The notes beneath the pieces are model-generated. The model searched no databases, was not told where the DNA came from, and saw nothing but the letters and a program-made list of their open reading frames with translations. The translations under genes were made by a program, and so were the position numbers. A stretch of 64,000 bases of DNA, from assembly GCA_964369835.1 (NCBI GenBank), contig CAYJGE010000001.1, positions 290-64,289 of the forward strand, read 5' to 3'. Positions 10,626-20,769 of the stretch are shown one piece after another (position 1 is the first letter of the stretch; the number at the start of each line of letters is the position of its first letter). Origin of the DNA: an uncultured Mailhella sp. (GTDB lineage Bacteria > Desulfobacterota > Desulfovibrionia > Desulfovibrionales > Desulfovibrionaceae).

Positions 10626-10756
10626 TTTTTATTAAATCTGTAAATAAAGATGGTTGCGTAAACATACTTATTGTGGAATATAAACATCTCTAACTATACT
10701 ATATATAAAAACAAAAGTGGTATCATTCAATTCTAATTCTACTATATATATAAACC

Positions 10757-12787
10757 CTACTCTTCACTCCCGCTAATGACCAAGCAATCCCTCAATGCTC
10801 TTATTCTGTCTCTAATTTGGGCAGCCTGTTCAAATTCCAATTCCTTGGCAGCACTACGCATATCTTTTTCCAGTTGGCCAATCAATTTAGCAATATCCTT
10901 GGGGTCTTTTGGAGTTTCAACCACAACTTGAGCAACTTTCTTACCCCTTTTAGTCTTTTCTTCAGGCCTATAAAGTTTATCCAGAGGGCTGTCCATGGAT
11001 TTTAATACTGTGGTTGGAATAATATTGTTTTCCCTATTGTAATCTGTTTGTTTTTGTCTGCGCCTATCAGTTTCATCAATGGCAGCCTGCATGGATCTTG
11101 TGATGGAATCCGCATAAAGGATAACTTGCCCATTGGCATTTCTGGCAGCACGCCCAAAGGTCTGAATAAGTGCCCCCGTTGAACGCAAAAAACCTTCCTT
11201 ATCGGCATCTAAAATTGCAACCAAGGTAACTTCGGGAATGTCCAAACCTTCTCGCAAAAGATTAATTCCCACCAAAACATCAAACTCACCGGACCTAAGG
11301 GCTTTAATAATGGCTATTCGCTCCAAAGTATCAATATCAGAATGTAAATATCTGGTATTGATTCCCATATTATTGAGATATTCTGTCAAATCCTCTGCCA
11401 TACGCTTTGTTAAAGTGGTAATCAAAACCCTTTCATTTTTTTCAACTCTAAGCTTACATTCCTCAACCAAATTATCCATTTGTCCTTTGGTCTTGCGTAT
11501 TTCAATTTGAGGATCCACAAGGCCTGTGGGACGAATAATTTGTTCCACAATTAAACCTTGGCTCTTGTCCATTTCCCATTTGGCAGGTGTGGCAGAAACA
11601 TAAATGCTTTTCTGTATTCTTTCCAAAAATTCCTGAAACATTAGGGGGCGATTGTCAAGGGCAGAGGGAAGCCTAAACCCAAAATCCACAAGGGTGGTTT
11701 TGCGTGAGCGATCGCCTTTGAACATGGCTCCCACCTGAGGGATACTGATGTGAGATTCATCAACAAAAAGTAAAAAATCCTTTGGAAAATAATCAAATAG
11801 GGTTGAGGGTGGCTCGCCCTGTTTTCTATTATCCAAATGCCTTGAATAATTTTCAATTCCATTGCAATAACCAAGCTCTTGCATCATTTCCAAATCAAGC
11901 TGTGTTCTTTGTTCAAGCCTTTGGGCTTCCACAAGTTTATTATCTTTTCTTAATTCTTGCAATCTCACATCAAGTTCAAGCCTGATATCTTCCATGGCTC
12001 TGTCCAAATTTTCCCTGTCTGAAACATAGTGACTGGCAGGATAAATAACGGTTTTTGAAATTTGCCCAAGAGTCTGCCCTGTCAAGGGGTCAACCTCCAA
12101 GATTTTTTCAAGTTCATCCCCAAAAAATTCCAAATGCAAGGCTCGCTCATGTTCATAGGCAGGAATAATTTCAAGAACATCTCCCCTAACCCTAAAAGTT
12201 CCCCTGTGAAAGTCATAATCATTGCGTGTGTATTGAATTTCAACCAAGCTTTTAATAATACTGTCCATGCCAATTCTTTGCCCTTCTTCAATGGGAACCA
12301 TGAGTTTGGCATAAAATTCAGGCGAACCCAAACCATAAATACAAGAAACAGAAGCAATGATAATAACATCTCGACGAGTAAAAAGCGCATGTGTTGCCGC
12401 ATGCCTTAATTTATCGATATTGTCATTTATGGACGAATCCTTTTCAATATAAGTATCAGAAGAGGGAACATAGGCTTCAGGCTGATAATAATCATAGTAA
12501 CTGACAAAATATTCCACGGCATTTTCAGGAAAAAGAGCACGAAACTCACCATAAAGCTGGGCTGCCAAAGTTTTGTTATGGGCTAAAATAAGGGCAGGCC
12601 TATTGGTTTTGGCAATAACATTGGCCATGGTAAAAGTTTTCCCAGAACCTGTAACCCCAAGCAAAACCTGATCATGGACATTTTGATTTATATTGTTAAC
12701 CAAATCCTCAATGGCACGGGGTTGATCCCCCTTTGCCTCATATTTTGTATGAAGCTTAAATTTATTGTCGATTATGTTATCTGCCAT
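10757..12787 (-). CDS. uvrB: Excinuclease ABC subunit B
   Basis: Walker A GVTGSGKT, helicase motifs and the C-terminal UVR motif ([14 protein letters not shown]). The start is moved from TTG 12820 to ATG 12787, which has AGGAG 8 nt upstream. Confidence 0.95.
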   Translation of the reverse strand: MADNIIDNKFKLHTKYEAKGDQPRAIEDLVNNINQNVHDQVLLGVTGSGKTFTMANVIAKTNRPALILAHNKTLAAQLYGEFRALFPENAVEYFVSYYDYYQPEAYVPSSDTYIEKDSSINDNIDKLRHAATHALFTRRDVIIIASVSCIYGLGSPEFYAKLMVPIEEGQRIGMDSIIKSLVEIQYTRNDYDFHRGTFRVRGDVLEIIPAYEHERALHLEFFGDELEKILEVDPLTGQTLGQISKTVIYPASHYVSDRENLDRAMEDIRLELDVRLQELRKDNKLVEAQRLEQRTQLDLEMMQELGYCNGIENYSRHLDNRKQGEPPSTLFDYFPKDFLLFVDESHISIPQVGAMFKGDRSRKTTLVDFGFRLPSALDNRPLMFQEFLERIQKSIYVSATPAKWEMDKSQGLIVEQIIRPTGLVDPQIEIRKTKGQMDNLVEECKLRVEKNERVLITTLTKRMAEDLTEYLNNMGINTRYLHSDIDTLERIAIIKALRSGEFDVLVGINLLREGLDIPEVTLVAILDADKEGFLRSTGALIQTFGRAARNANGQVILYADSITRSMQAAIDETDRRRQKQTDYNRENNIIPTTVLKSMDSPLDKLYRPEEKTKRGKKVAQVVVETPKDPKDIAKLIGQLEKDMRSAAKELEFEQAAQIRDRIRALRDCLVISGSEE

Positions 12788-12943
12788 TATTATCACTCCT
12801 GATTTAAAACATCCGGCCAATCATACAAAACTTGATAATGAAAATTGTACAAAGGCGTTTAATCGCTTAAATGTCAAAAGTTATTTTAATACGAAAATAA
12901 AAATAGTCAATTAAAATTATTTAGATTTTGTTTAGATTTTGTT

Positions 12944-13120
12944 TAGAGCAGTTTCAATAAAGATTGAAACTGCTCTACCCCATATAACTTTCAAAAAGCA
13001 ATCATTTAACGAAGTGGCAAAGCCACTTCTATTCTTGCTTTTTGCACTTCAATGTCGCCATGCTCCAATGAAGTGATTAGGGCATTTTAGAACAATTCTT
13101 TTCAAAAATGCCCTAATGCA
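12944..13120. repeat. Module X repeat (three hairpins), an inverted copy of 43865-44037
   Basis: Hairpins are tagagcagtttcaat/attgaaactgctcta (12944-12977), gaagtggc/gccacttc, and ttagggcatttt/aaaatgccctaa. The same ~175 bp occurs reverse-complemented at 43.9 kb. Confidence 0.8.
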
Positions 13121-13145
13121 TAAACCAAAGAAAAATGCTAAATCT

Positions 13146-13350
13146 GCACGCCATTCCGATTTTTAAAAATCATAATTATGGAGTGATTTTTGATTTTAGA
13201 TATTAAATAAAATATTAATAAATTAAAATAGTTATATTGTTTGGTAAAATGTTTTTTCAGGAAAAGGGGAAGCAATTGCTTACGTTTGAGGGGGGAAAAC
13301 TCATTTTTTTCAAAAAAATGGGGTTTCCCCCTCAATCCTGAATCACGTGC
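13146..13350 (-). mobile_element. MITE (CACG..ATTCCG terminal-inverted-repeat family), copy a
   Basis: The ends gcacgccattccgat and atcctgaatcacgtgc are inverted repeats. It is flanked by the direct repeat ctaaatct (13138-13145 and 13351-13358). The internal hairpin is gaggggggaaaac...gtttccccctc. Confidence 0.75.
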
Positions 13351-13462
13351 CTAAATCTGTGATTTTAAATCAAGAATCACACGCCCTGACAGTTTTCTTA
13401 AAATACAAGTTTTGTAAGTTGACTATTTGAGCTTTAGGCTATAAATTAGCTACTATAAAATT

Positions 13463-13658
13463 AAGGAAACGCTGATTAAATCTAAAATTTAAATTTTTAC
13501 AAAAAATATAAAAGCGTTTCCTTAAAAACAGACAAGAAATGGCTATTTTACACGCCGAGACGAGAGCAAAAACCACGTTTTTTGCGTCCCAAAGGGCGAG
13601 TTAAAGGCAGTGTGCCTTTCTGATTAATTCCGTTTACGGAATTAATCAGTACTTCCTT
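13463..13658 (-). repeat. T-family ~195-bp structured repeat, copy 1
   Basis: Nearly identical, in reverse complement, to 21527-21721. Contains ctgattaattcc-N6-ggaattaatcag and aaggaaacgct...agcgtttcctt stems. The ends form an imperfect ~18-bp TIR, AAGGAA-NNN-CTGATTAA. Confidence 0.8.
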
Positions 13659-13682
13659 AAGTTTGTGTGGATAAATTAAATT

Positions 13683-14408
13683 ATGCATAAAGTGCAAAAA
13701 TTTTGGCAAAGGCCAAGTGTTGCCACCGGTATAAAGATGGGTATTCCCATTATGATTGGCTATCTTCCTCTTGGTTTTGCCTATGGGGTTTTGGCTGTAA
13801 AAAATGGGATTGGAGCTTGGTGGGCCATTACCATGTCTGTTTTTGTTTTTGCAGGTGCAGGTCAATTTATTGCAGCCGGTATGATTGGTAGCGGAGCAAC
13901 CATCATTTCCATTATTATAGCCAATTGCATGATTAATTTAAGACACGTACTTATGGCAGCCGCCCTTATAACACCATGGAAACCATTATCATCTTTTTGG
14001 AAAAATTTTCTTTCTTTTTTTCAAACAGATGAAGTTTTTGCCTCCAATATTTCCTATAGCAAATCGGGGGGAATTGTCAGTGTTTCACAGGTATTAAGTT
14101 GTTCCTTGGTTGCCCATTTCGGGTGGATTATGGGAACGGCAATAGGTGCTTTTTCAGGTGATTTATTAACCGATGTTCGCCCCTATGGATTGGATTTTGC
14201 ATTGCCAAGCATGTTTATAGCCCTTTTGGTTCCCCTTTGTCTTGAGCGAATATCTCTCTTGGTTGCAATTTTTTCTGCCCTTTTATCTATTCTTTTTGTA
14301 AGCATGGGTTTTGAGCGGTGGAGTATTATCATGGCCACAACCTTGGGTGCATTTTTGGGTCTTCTTTTATGGCAGAGGAAAAACGTTTTTAGTCCCATGG
14401 AAAAATAA
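13683..14408 (+). CDS. azlC: AzlC-family branched-chain amino-acid exporter subunit
   Basis: 241-aa multi-TM protein of AzlC character, followed by a small AzlD-like partner. Confidence 0.75.
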   Translation: MHKVQKFWQRPSVATGIKMGIPIMIGYLPLGFAYGVLAVKNGIGAWWAITMSVFVFAGAGQFIAAGMIGSGATIISIIIANCMINLRHVLMAAALITPWKPLSSFWKNFLSFFQTDEVFASNISYSKSGGIVSVSQVLSCSLVAHFGWIMGTAIGAFSGDLLTDVRPYGLDFALPSMFIALLVPLCLERISLLVAIFSALLSILFVSMGFERWSIIMATTLGAFLGLLLWQRKNVFSPMEK

Positions 14409-14447
14409 TATTAGCAATGTCAACTTAAAATACTATATTGGTAATTT

Positions 14448-14777
14448 ATGGATAATACTTTTTTAGCTCTTTGTACCTTGGGCATGTCAATCGGAGTTAT
14501 TTTGCCCCGAATGTTGCCGATTACCCTATTGGCAAAACGCAAAATGCCTGAAAAAATTCAGATTTGGTTAAGTTATGTGCCTGTTGCCATTTTGGCTTCC
14601 TTGGTTGCACCTGAAATTTTTATGCAGGGTGAAAAATTCTTTTTTTCCTTTGATAATTTGTTCTTACTTGCTTTTTTGCCTACATTATTGGTTGCATATT
14701 TTAGTAAAAACATGTTTTTAACATTGAGTTCAGGCATGATTTTTGTGGCTTTATTACGTTATTTTGAAACTTTTTAA
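14448..14777 (+). CDS. azlD: AzlD-family small membrane protein
   Basis: 109 aa with 3-4 TM segments, immediately downstream of azlC. Confidence 0.7.
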   Translation: MDNTFLALCTLGMSIGVILPRMLPITLLAKRKMPEKIQIWLSYVPVAILASLVAPEIFMQGEKFFFSFDNLFLLAFLPTLLVAYFSKNMFLTLSSGMIFVALLRYFETF

Positions 14778-14809
14778 TAAATTATCTATCTTTTGATTAG
14801 TTTAAACCT

Positions 14810-16066
14810 ATGAAAAAACAATCTATAAAAATAATACTACTTGGTTTGGGACTCTTTATAGGTGCTTGCAGTGCAAAACACGGGCAAAGCTCTTTTCCTA
14901 TGGGTTCAGGTGATTTGGATAGTAACCGCAAAAGCGGTTCCTACTATTTACAGCTCAATGCAAAAAACAACAGTCACTTACCAAAGGCTAAACCATATAC
15001 TGTGCTTGGTAAAAGTTATACTCCCTATGCTGCTTCCGATGGTTTTTCGGAAATCGGGATTGCTTCATGGTATGGTCCCGGTTTTCATGGAAAATTAACG
15101 GCAAATGGTGAAAAATATAATCAAAATGGTATAACTGCCGCCCACAAATTATTACCCCATGGCACAATGATAAGAGTGACCAATCTGGAAAACGGAAAAT
15201 ATGTTGTGGTTAGGATTAATGATCGAGGGCCTTTCCATGATGATAGGATTATTGACTTATCAAAAGGGGCTGCCAATAGAATTGATATGCTGAGAACAGG
15301 CACAGCCAAGGTACATTTAAAGGTTGAGGGTGAAGCAAGTACAGTGGATAATCTTGCCATAAATCCCAATAATTCAATATCTTCAAATAATGCCAATTAT
15401 ACGGATTTTAATTTTAGCAGCCCAAGTGCCACAATAGGAACAATAGGTAGTATGTTCAGTAGCGGTGGCTTGTTAAATAATCCTAATAATCCCGGAGGTT
15501 TTGGGCTTCCATCAGGTCCTTACAATCGTTATGGAGAGCCAATCGGTGACCTGACAAACAGTGCATATGGTTTAAACCAAAAGAGTGCGCCAAATATGTC
15601 AAACCAATTTAATAATAATTTGGCACAAAATAACTTAACTCAAGGAAATTCAGGCTTTTTCACTTCAAACCCCAATGAGTTTGGAGATGATCCAACCTAT
15701 TATTCACTTTTAAATAAAAGCGTTGATTCTACTTTAAATACCGATTTAAATTATGGGGGAATAGATCCCTATAATAAGGAAAGTCAAAGCAATTTTTCTG
15801 CCTATAATAATGGTGGGGAAATGGGAACAAATGTTTCAAACACTATAAGCGGATCTTATTATTTACAATTGGCCTTATTTGACAATGCCTTACATGCAGA
15901 CCAGCTTGCAACTGATTTGCGTAAAAGCAATACTCCCGTGGTGATTTACATTGATAAAGGAATTTATTTGGTACAAGCAGGGCCTTTTAATACTGACGAG
16001 GGAGCTGTTGAAGCAAAAAATAAATTTGCGGCAAAATTCCCAAATTCCTATTTTGTTATTCGCTAA
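14810..16066 (+). CDS. rlpA: RlpA-family septal lytic transglycosylase lipoprotein (DPBB + SPOR domains)
   Basis: Lipobox LFIGAC. DPBB core ASWYGPGFHGKLTANGEKY...RINDRGPF. A long N/S/G-rich linker. C-terminal SPOR-like region YYLQLALFDN.... Confidence 0.85.
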   Translation: MKKQSIKIILLGLGLFIGACSAKHGQSSFPMGSGDLDSNRKSGSYYLQLNAKNNSHLPKAKPYTVLGKSYTPYAASDGFSEIGIASWYGPGFHGKLTANGEKYNQNGITAAHKLLPHGTMIRVTNLENGKYVVVRINDRGPFHDDRIIDLSKGAANRIDMLRTGTAKVHLKVEGEASTVDNLAINPNNSISSNNANYTDFNFSSPSATIGTIGSMFSSGGLLNNPNNPGGFGLPSGPYNRYGEPIGDLTNSAYGLNQKSAPNMSNQFNNNLAQNNLTQGNSGFFTSNPNEFGDDPTYYSLLNKSVDSTLNTDLNYGGIDPYNKESQSNFSAYNNGGEMGTNVSNTISGSYYLQLALFDNALHADQLATDLRKSNTPVVIYIDKGIYLVQAGPFNTDEGAVEAKNKFAAKFPNSYFVIR

Positions 16067-16088
16067 AAGTTAATTTAAGGATTTTATA

Positions 16089-18470
16089 ATGCAAGATAAT
16101 AATAATCAAAAATTTCAGCGAAAAAAATTAGCTTATTTTTCAAACTCTTTTGTTAATGATATTCAAAATATTTTTCCGGACTATGATTTTGTTCCCTTTT
16201 TAACTGCAATAAAAGAAAAAGAAAAAATAACGGCCTTGGTAGGATTTGACGGGCGAGGAGAATTTTTAGCCAAATTATTTGGTTTTAAATTTTGGCATAT
16301 CCATGAGGGGCTTTATCGCCTTTTGGGTCACAAACCCTGTTCATTAATGCTTGAAAGGGAAGGAAATTATAAGGACGCCACCAGAGCAAGTGAATGGGAA
16401 AAATTGATGCATTCAATACCTGCACTTTTAAATCACTATGAGAAGATTAAACATGTTCATAATCAAACCGATTTATCCCAAAATAATGATCAAAACAATG
16501 AATTGCCTAAAATATCCGACCAAGAAAATGAGCATCAAGTCATAAATCAAGAATCTTCCGAATATATTAACTTATTAATAAAACAAATCAGTATTGCCTT
16601 TCCGGCTCTTGCTCCCTATGACAAGCACGATGCCACGCAAATGTTAAATGAATTGTTTACCTATAGATTAAGCAGTGATAAATATGCTCCGGACGCTTCA
16701 CCCCATCATTTAACTACTCCCTCCGGCAGAAAAAAAGTTGTTATTTTAGATGAAGAAAAACAAAACAGATTTAAATTAAAAAAAGTAATGGCAAGTGAAA
16801 AAACTTTTTTTGAAATGATTTCAGCTGCCAAGAAAAATCATCCCGGTGCCGCTTTTTTCCTGCTTGAACCAAAAACTGTTCGCAGTGATAAGAAAAAAGG
16901 CTATCTCAGAAAAGTGGCAGAAGCAAATGGAGTACAAGTTTTACAAAATGATGTATCTTCAATTTCAATTTTGTCTCAAGCCGATGTTGTCTATACTGTT
17001 GCCTCCCAACTTGGGCTTGATGCTATTTTTTTGGGAAAAAAGATATATTGCTTTGGCATGCCCTTTTATGCAGGTTGGGGCTTAACCAAGGATAGTATAA
17101 AACTTGACAGGCGAAATGTAAAAAGAAGCAGAGAAGAAATATTTGCTGCTTTTTGCTTGTTTATGACTCGCTATCGTCACCCAATTACCAGTGAACCAAG
17201 CTCTTTTAGGGAAATTTTACGCTTTATTATTTTACAACGCCCATTAAATTTTGAACGCAATCGCTATATTGCCTGTATTCATTTTGATGAAAATTTAATC
17301 ACTTTCTGTAAACAATTTTTTGCCCATGCCAATCTACACTTTTTTTCGGAAGACAATGCAATTAAAAATGCTCTTGAAAATAATGGGATAATTTTAACAG
17401 GCATTGAACCTGATTTGGCAATGCGTAAAAAATTTACTAACATTCCTTTGGTTCACGTGGATCACGGAGTAATTGACAGGCTTCTTGGCAATGGTAAATA
17501 TGTTTCTTTGCGCCTTGAGGGAGGCCCCTACCCTACTTTAGAAAAAATATTGCAAACCGTGGTGCCGGGAGAAAAAAGTTTATTGAGAGCAAGATTATTT
17601 AGGCAATACCTCAGAGAAACTTCTGCACTTAGGGAACATATTGATATTACACATATTCCCCTTGAGCAAAATATTATTTTATTGGTCGGAAATATTTTAA
17701 ATCCTCCGAGAAATGTTAATAATCTCGGAGAAGTAAATATTCATGACGGAAACTTGGATTCAAAAGGACTGCCATTAAACTCCTTTTCTTCACCCTTGGC
17801 AGATGATTTTAATTTAATCAAACATGTCAGAAAACTAAGACCCTATGATTATATAATATACTGTCCGCAAATGGAGCATATTAAAGTTCCGAAGAATATT
17901 GAAAAAATGGTTAATGATACAAAACCCTTTACCAGACCCTCAGATTTTATCCCTCTCAGTCTTTTGGGACTTGAAACTGATTTGGACACTGAAAAGCCTG
18001 AGGATTTTAATGAAAAGGAAGAAAATACATTTGCCCATTTTGTGGACGATGTTTATGAATGTAAACCCAATGTGAGAGGAAAAAACTGCTCACCTTGGTC
18101 AAGAAAATATGTTGCCGCCAAAAGGTTTTTAGAAAAAGCTCACAAAATGACTACTGTCAGCAGTCAATTCTGTCCTTTATATTTTCCTGTACACAGTATA
18201 CAAGGACATAAAATTGAGGTACATACCCATGATTCATACTTGGGGCTTGACGCCCTGTCCGTCGGCATGGACGTATTTACTTATGGTTGGCCGTTTTATG
18301 CAGGTTGGGGTTTAACCATTGATGCGGAAAATTTCCCACTCAGAACTCAAAATATCAATGTGGACACATTGTTTGCAGGAACCTTTATTTTGCAACCTCG
18401 CTACTTTGATACAGTAAATGATATTTTCTGCGAGCCTGAAAATGCTCCTTATTTATTGATGCGAGATTAA
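16089..18470 (+). CDS. KpsC/LpsZ-like capsule polysaccharide biosynthesis protein (two Capsule_synth-type halves)
   Basis: 793 aa. The motif PFYAGWGLT occurs in both halves (FGMPFYAGWGLTKD and YGWPFYAGWGLTID), as in two-domain beta-Kdo transferases. Confidence 0.6.
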   Translation: MQDNNNQKFQRKKLAYFSNSFVNDIQNIFPDYDFVPFLTAIKEKEKITALVGFDGRGEFLAKLFGFKFWHIHEGLYRLLGHKPCSLMLEREGNYKDATRASEWEKLMHSIPALLNHYEKIKHVHNQTDLSQNNDQNNELPKISDQENEHQVINQESSEYINLLIKQISIAFPALAPYDKHDATQMLNELFTYRLSSDKYAPDASPHHLTTPSGRKKVVILDEEKQNRFKLKKVMASEKTFFEMISAAKKNHPGAAFFLLEPKTVRSDKKKGYLRKVAEANGVQVLQNDVSSISILSQADVVYTVASQLGLDAIFLGKKIYCFGMPFYAGWGLTKDSIKLDRRNVKRSREEIFAAFCLFMTRYRHPITSEPSSFREILRFIILQRPLNFERNRYIACIHFDENLITFCKQFFAHANLHFFSEDNAIKNALENNGIILTGIEPDLAMRKKFTNIPLVHVDHGVIDRLLGNGKYVSLRLEGGPYPTLEKILQTVVPGEKSLLRARLFRQYLRETSALREHIDITHIPLEQNIILLVGNILNPPRNVNNLGEVNIHDGNLDSKGLPLNSFSSPLADDFNLIKHVRKLRPYDYIIYCPQMEHIKVPKNIEKMVNDTKPFTRPSDFIPLSLLGLETDLDTEKPEDFNEKEENTFAHFVDDVYECKPNVRGKNCSPWSRKYVAAKRFLEKAHKMTTVSSQFCPLYFPVHSIQGHKIEVHTHDSYLGLDALSVGMDVFTYGWPFYAGWGLTIDAENFPLRTQNINVDTLFAGTFILQPRYFDTVNDIFCEPENAPYLLMRD

Positions 18471-18552
18471 TTTATAATTAATAATTAACTTGGGGGCAAA
18501 GAGGGTGATTCCCTTAGCAAACCCCACAAACTTCTGACTATTCTAAAAATTT

Positions 18553-18884
18553 TACCTTTCCCCCTTGTGCTCGTTTACGAGCACTGTAAGGGGGGTGTCA
18601 TATTGATAAGCGAAGCGAAGAAATATGACGGGGGGCTCAGTTCCTTTAAACACTTTTTGCTCCACCTTAATAAGAAATTATTTTTTTCAGATATCTATAT
18701 GAAGAGCAAAAAGTGGGTAGTGTCATAAAATAGCGAGTAAAATAAGGCAGGCTTTCAAGAGCAAGGAAAGCGAAAAATTTTAGAGGGCGTGTACTCGAGT
18801 ACATAACCGATAAAATTTACAGCTTGACGCAGACATTGGAAGTCTGACTGGTTTACTCCTATATTTTATGACAATAAAAAACAC
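18553..18884 (+). ncRNA. S-family ~335-nt structured intergenic element, copy 1 (candidate ncRNA or structured repeat)
   Basis: Four stems: ccccttgtgctcg/cgagcac..aagggg; gtcatatt/atatgac; cactttttgctc (18651-18662)/gagcaaaaagtg (18704-18715); tgtcataaaata...tattttatgaca. Homologous copies are at 48335 and 51211. Confidence 0.5.
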
Positions 18885-18888
18885 AGCT

Positions 18889-19080
18889 TTATTCTGCAAA
18901 GCAGAATAAAGCAATGTAAAAATTGCAGAATAATGCAATGTAAAAATTGCAGAATAATGCAATGTAAAAATTGCAGAATAAAGCAATGTAAAAATTGCAG
19001 AATAATGCAATGTAAAAATTGCAGAATAAAGCAATGCAAGAATTAAGAAACATGTCATTATTCTGCAAAGCAGAATAATG
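18889..19080. repeat. Six tandem 24-bp units bracketed by two identical hairpins
   Basis: The unit gcagaataWWgcaatgtaaaaatt occurs six times (18901-19044). The hairpin ttattctgcAAAgcagaataa occurs at both ends (18889-18909 and 19058-19078). Confidence 0.9.
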
Positions 19081-19131
19081 CAAAATAATAAGCTAAAATA
19101 TTAACTCAAAATTTTAACCAAAGTCAAAACC

Positions 19132-19737
19132 ATGATAGCATATATTGAAGGAATTTTACTAGAAAAAACACCTATTAGCGTGGTGATTTTAACTGCTCAA
19201 GGCATGGGGTATGAAATTTTTATCCCAAGCCATACCCATAGTAATTTACCAACTTTGGGAAATAAAATACATTTATTTACAATATTTATTGTAAGAGAAG
19301 ATGCTCAAGAACTTTTTGGTTTTGAAACATGGGAAGAAAGAGAAACGTTTAAAATGTTAATCGGCATAAATCGTGTCGGTGCCAGAACGGCATTATCAAT
19401 TTTAAGCACCTTTCGCCCCACAGACCTTAGAGAAATGGTGGCAAAGGGTGATTCGCTGGCTTTGACAAAGGTTTCAGGTATAGGTAAACAAACAGGGCAA
19501 AAGATTTTTTTGGAATTACAATATAAATTTAAAGACAGTGTTATAAGTCAAACATTAAAACTTGTTAATAATACCTCAAGCATTTATAATGATGCTTTGA
19601 CAGGATTGATTAATCTTGGTTATCAAGAAAATCAAGTGTCCCCAATTTTAAATGAAGTTATTTCAGATGAACCGGATTTAAGTGTCAGCGAAGCCCTTAG
19701 GGCTTGTTTAAAATTAATTGCCAAAAATAAAAATTAA
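19132..19737 (+). CDS. ruvA: Holliday junction helicase subunit RuvA
   Basis: 201 aa, MIAYIEG... N-terminus and HhH region, directly upstream of ruvB. Confidence 0.9.
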   Translation: MIAYIEGILLEKTPISVVILTAQGMGYEIFIPSHTHSNLPTLGNKIHLFTIFIVREDAQELFGFETWEERETFKMLIGINRVGARTALSILSTFRPTDLREMVAKGDSLALTKVSGIGKQTGQKIFLELQYKFKDSVISQTLKLVNNTSSIYNDALTGLINLGYQENQVSPILNEVISDEPDLSVSEALRACLKLIAKNKN

Positions 19738-19771
19738 TAAATTGAAATTATCAATAAATGAGATAAATTAA

Positions 19772-20767
19772 ATGGAATTGGATTATGATTTTGCTACAAA
19801 TTTAACCAAGCTTGATGAAAATATTCGTCCCAAGCGTTTGGAAGATTTTGTGGGGCAAGGTGAACTTCGTAAAAATTTACGGGTTTATTTAGATGCGGCA
19901 AAAAAAAGAAAATCAGCTATGGATCACCTTCTGTTTTATGGTAATCCGGGACTTGGAAAAACCACTTTGGCTCATATTATTGCTTCCGAACTTGGGGTAA
20001 ACATTGTTTCAACCTCAGGCCCTGCCCTGTTAAGAGGCGGTGACTTGGCTGCAATTTTAACCAATTTACAAGCAAATGATGTTTTTTTTATTGATGAAAT
20101 TCATCGTATGCCCATGCAAGTGGAAGAAGTTTTATATCCTGCCCTTGAAGATTTTAAACTTGACTTGGTAATAGGTCAAGGGCCTGCCGCCAGAACGGTT
20201 AAAATTGATTTAGAACCTTTTACCTTGGTGGGTGCAACCACAAAACTCGGGCTTTTATCTTCTCCACTAAGAGATAGGTTTGGAATAATCAGCCGTTTGG
20301 AGTTCTATACTCCCCTTGAGCTTTGTGAAGTGGTTTTACGAGCCGGCAGAATAATGAAGATTAAAATCAGTCAGGACGGAGCCATGGAAATTGGCAAACG
20401 TTCCCGCGGAACTCCAAGAATAGCCAATCGTTTATTAAGAAGAGTGGGAGATTTTGCCAGCGTAAATAATTGTGAAATTATTAATGAAGAAGAGGCAAAA
20501 AAAGCCCTGTCTCGGCTTGATGTGGACGAAATGGGACTTGATGAAATGGACAGAAAAATTTTATCCATATTAATTCATCATTATGACGGAGGGCCTGTCG
20601 GTTTAAAAACCTTGGCTGTTGCTTGTTCAGAAGAGGTCAGAACCATTGAAGAAATTTATGAACCCTATTTAATTCAATGTGGACTAATTAAAAGAACGGC
20701 AAAAGGCAGAATGGCAACCAATTTGGCCTATAAACATTTAAAGTTTGAAAATTCTAAATCTGAGTAA
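19772..20767 (+). CDS. ruvB: Holliday junction helicase subunit RuvB
   Basis: AAA+ Walker [10 protein letters not shown], Walker B FIDEIHR, and typical RuvB length. Confidence 0.95.
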   Translation: MELDYDFATNLTKLDENIRPKRLEDFVGQGELRKNLRVYLDAAKKRKSAMDHLLFYGNPGLGKTTLAHIIASELGVNIVSTSGPALLRGGDLAAILTNLQANDVFFIDEIHRMPMQVEEVLYPALEDFKLDLVIGQGPAARTVKIDLEPFTLVGATTKLGLLSSPLRDRFGIISRLEFYTPLELCEVVLRAGRIMKIKISQDGAMEIGKRSRGTPRIANRLLRRVGDFASVNNCEIINEEEAKKALSRLDVDEMGLDEMDRKILSILIHHYDGGPVGLKTLAVACSEEVRTIEEIYEPYLIQCGLIKRTAKGRMATNLAYKHLKFENSKSE

Positions 20768-20769
20768 TT

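Noticed and set aside
13138-13865. ORFs 13138..13335 and 13548..13865. The same applies to 34228..34449, 38004..38198, 43683..43904, 56114..56317 and 56504..56710.
   Set aside because: All lie entirely within MITE, T-family or D-family repeats or the antisense element. They lack SD sequences, and their frames are not conserved between repeat copies.
18889-19080. Possible CRISPR array.
   Set aside because: The 24-bp units are directly abutting with no unique spacers, and no cas genes are present. It is a plain tandem repeat.
18780-19083. Minus-strand ORFs 18780..19058 and 18889..19083, plus the similar 51377..51571, with repetitive 'YSAIFTL/ALFCNFYI' translations.
   Set aside because: They are read-throughs of the 24-bp tandem array and the S-family repeat. 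The homologous frames in the three copies stop at different places, and no SD is present.
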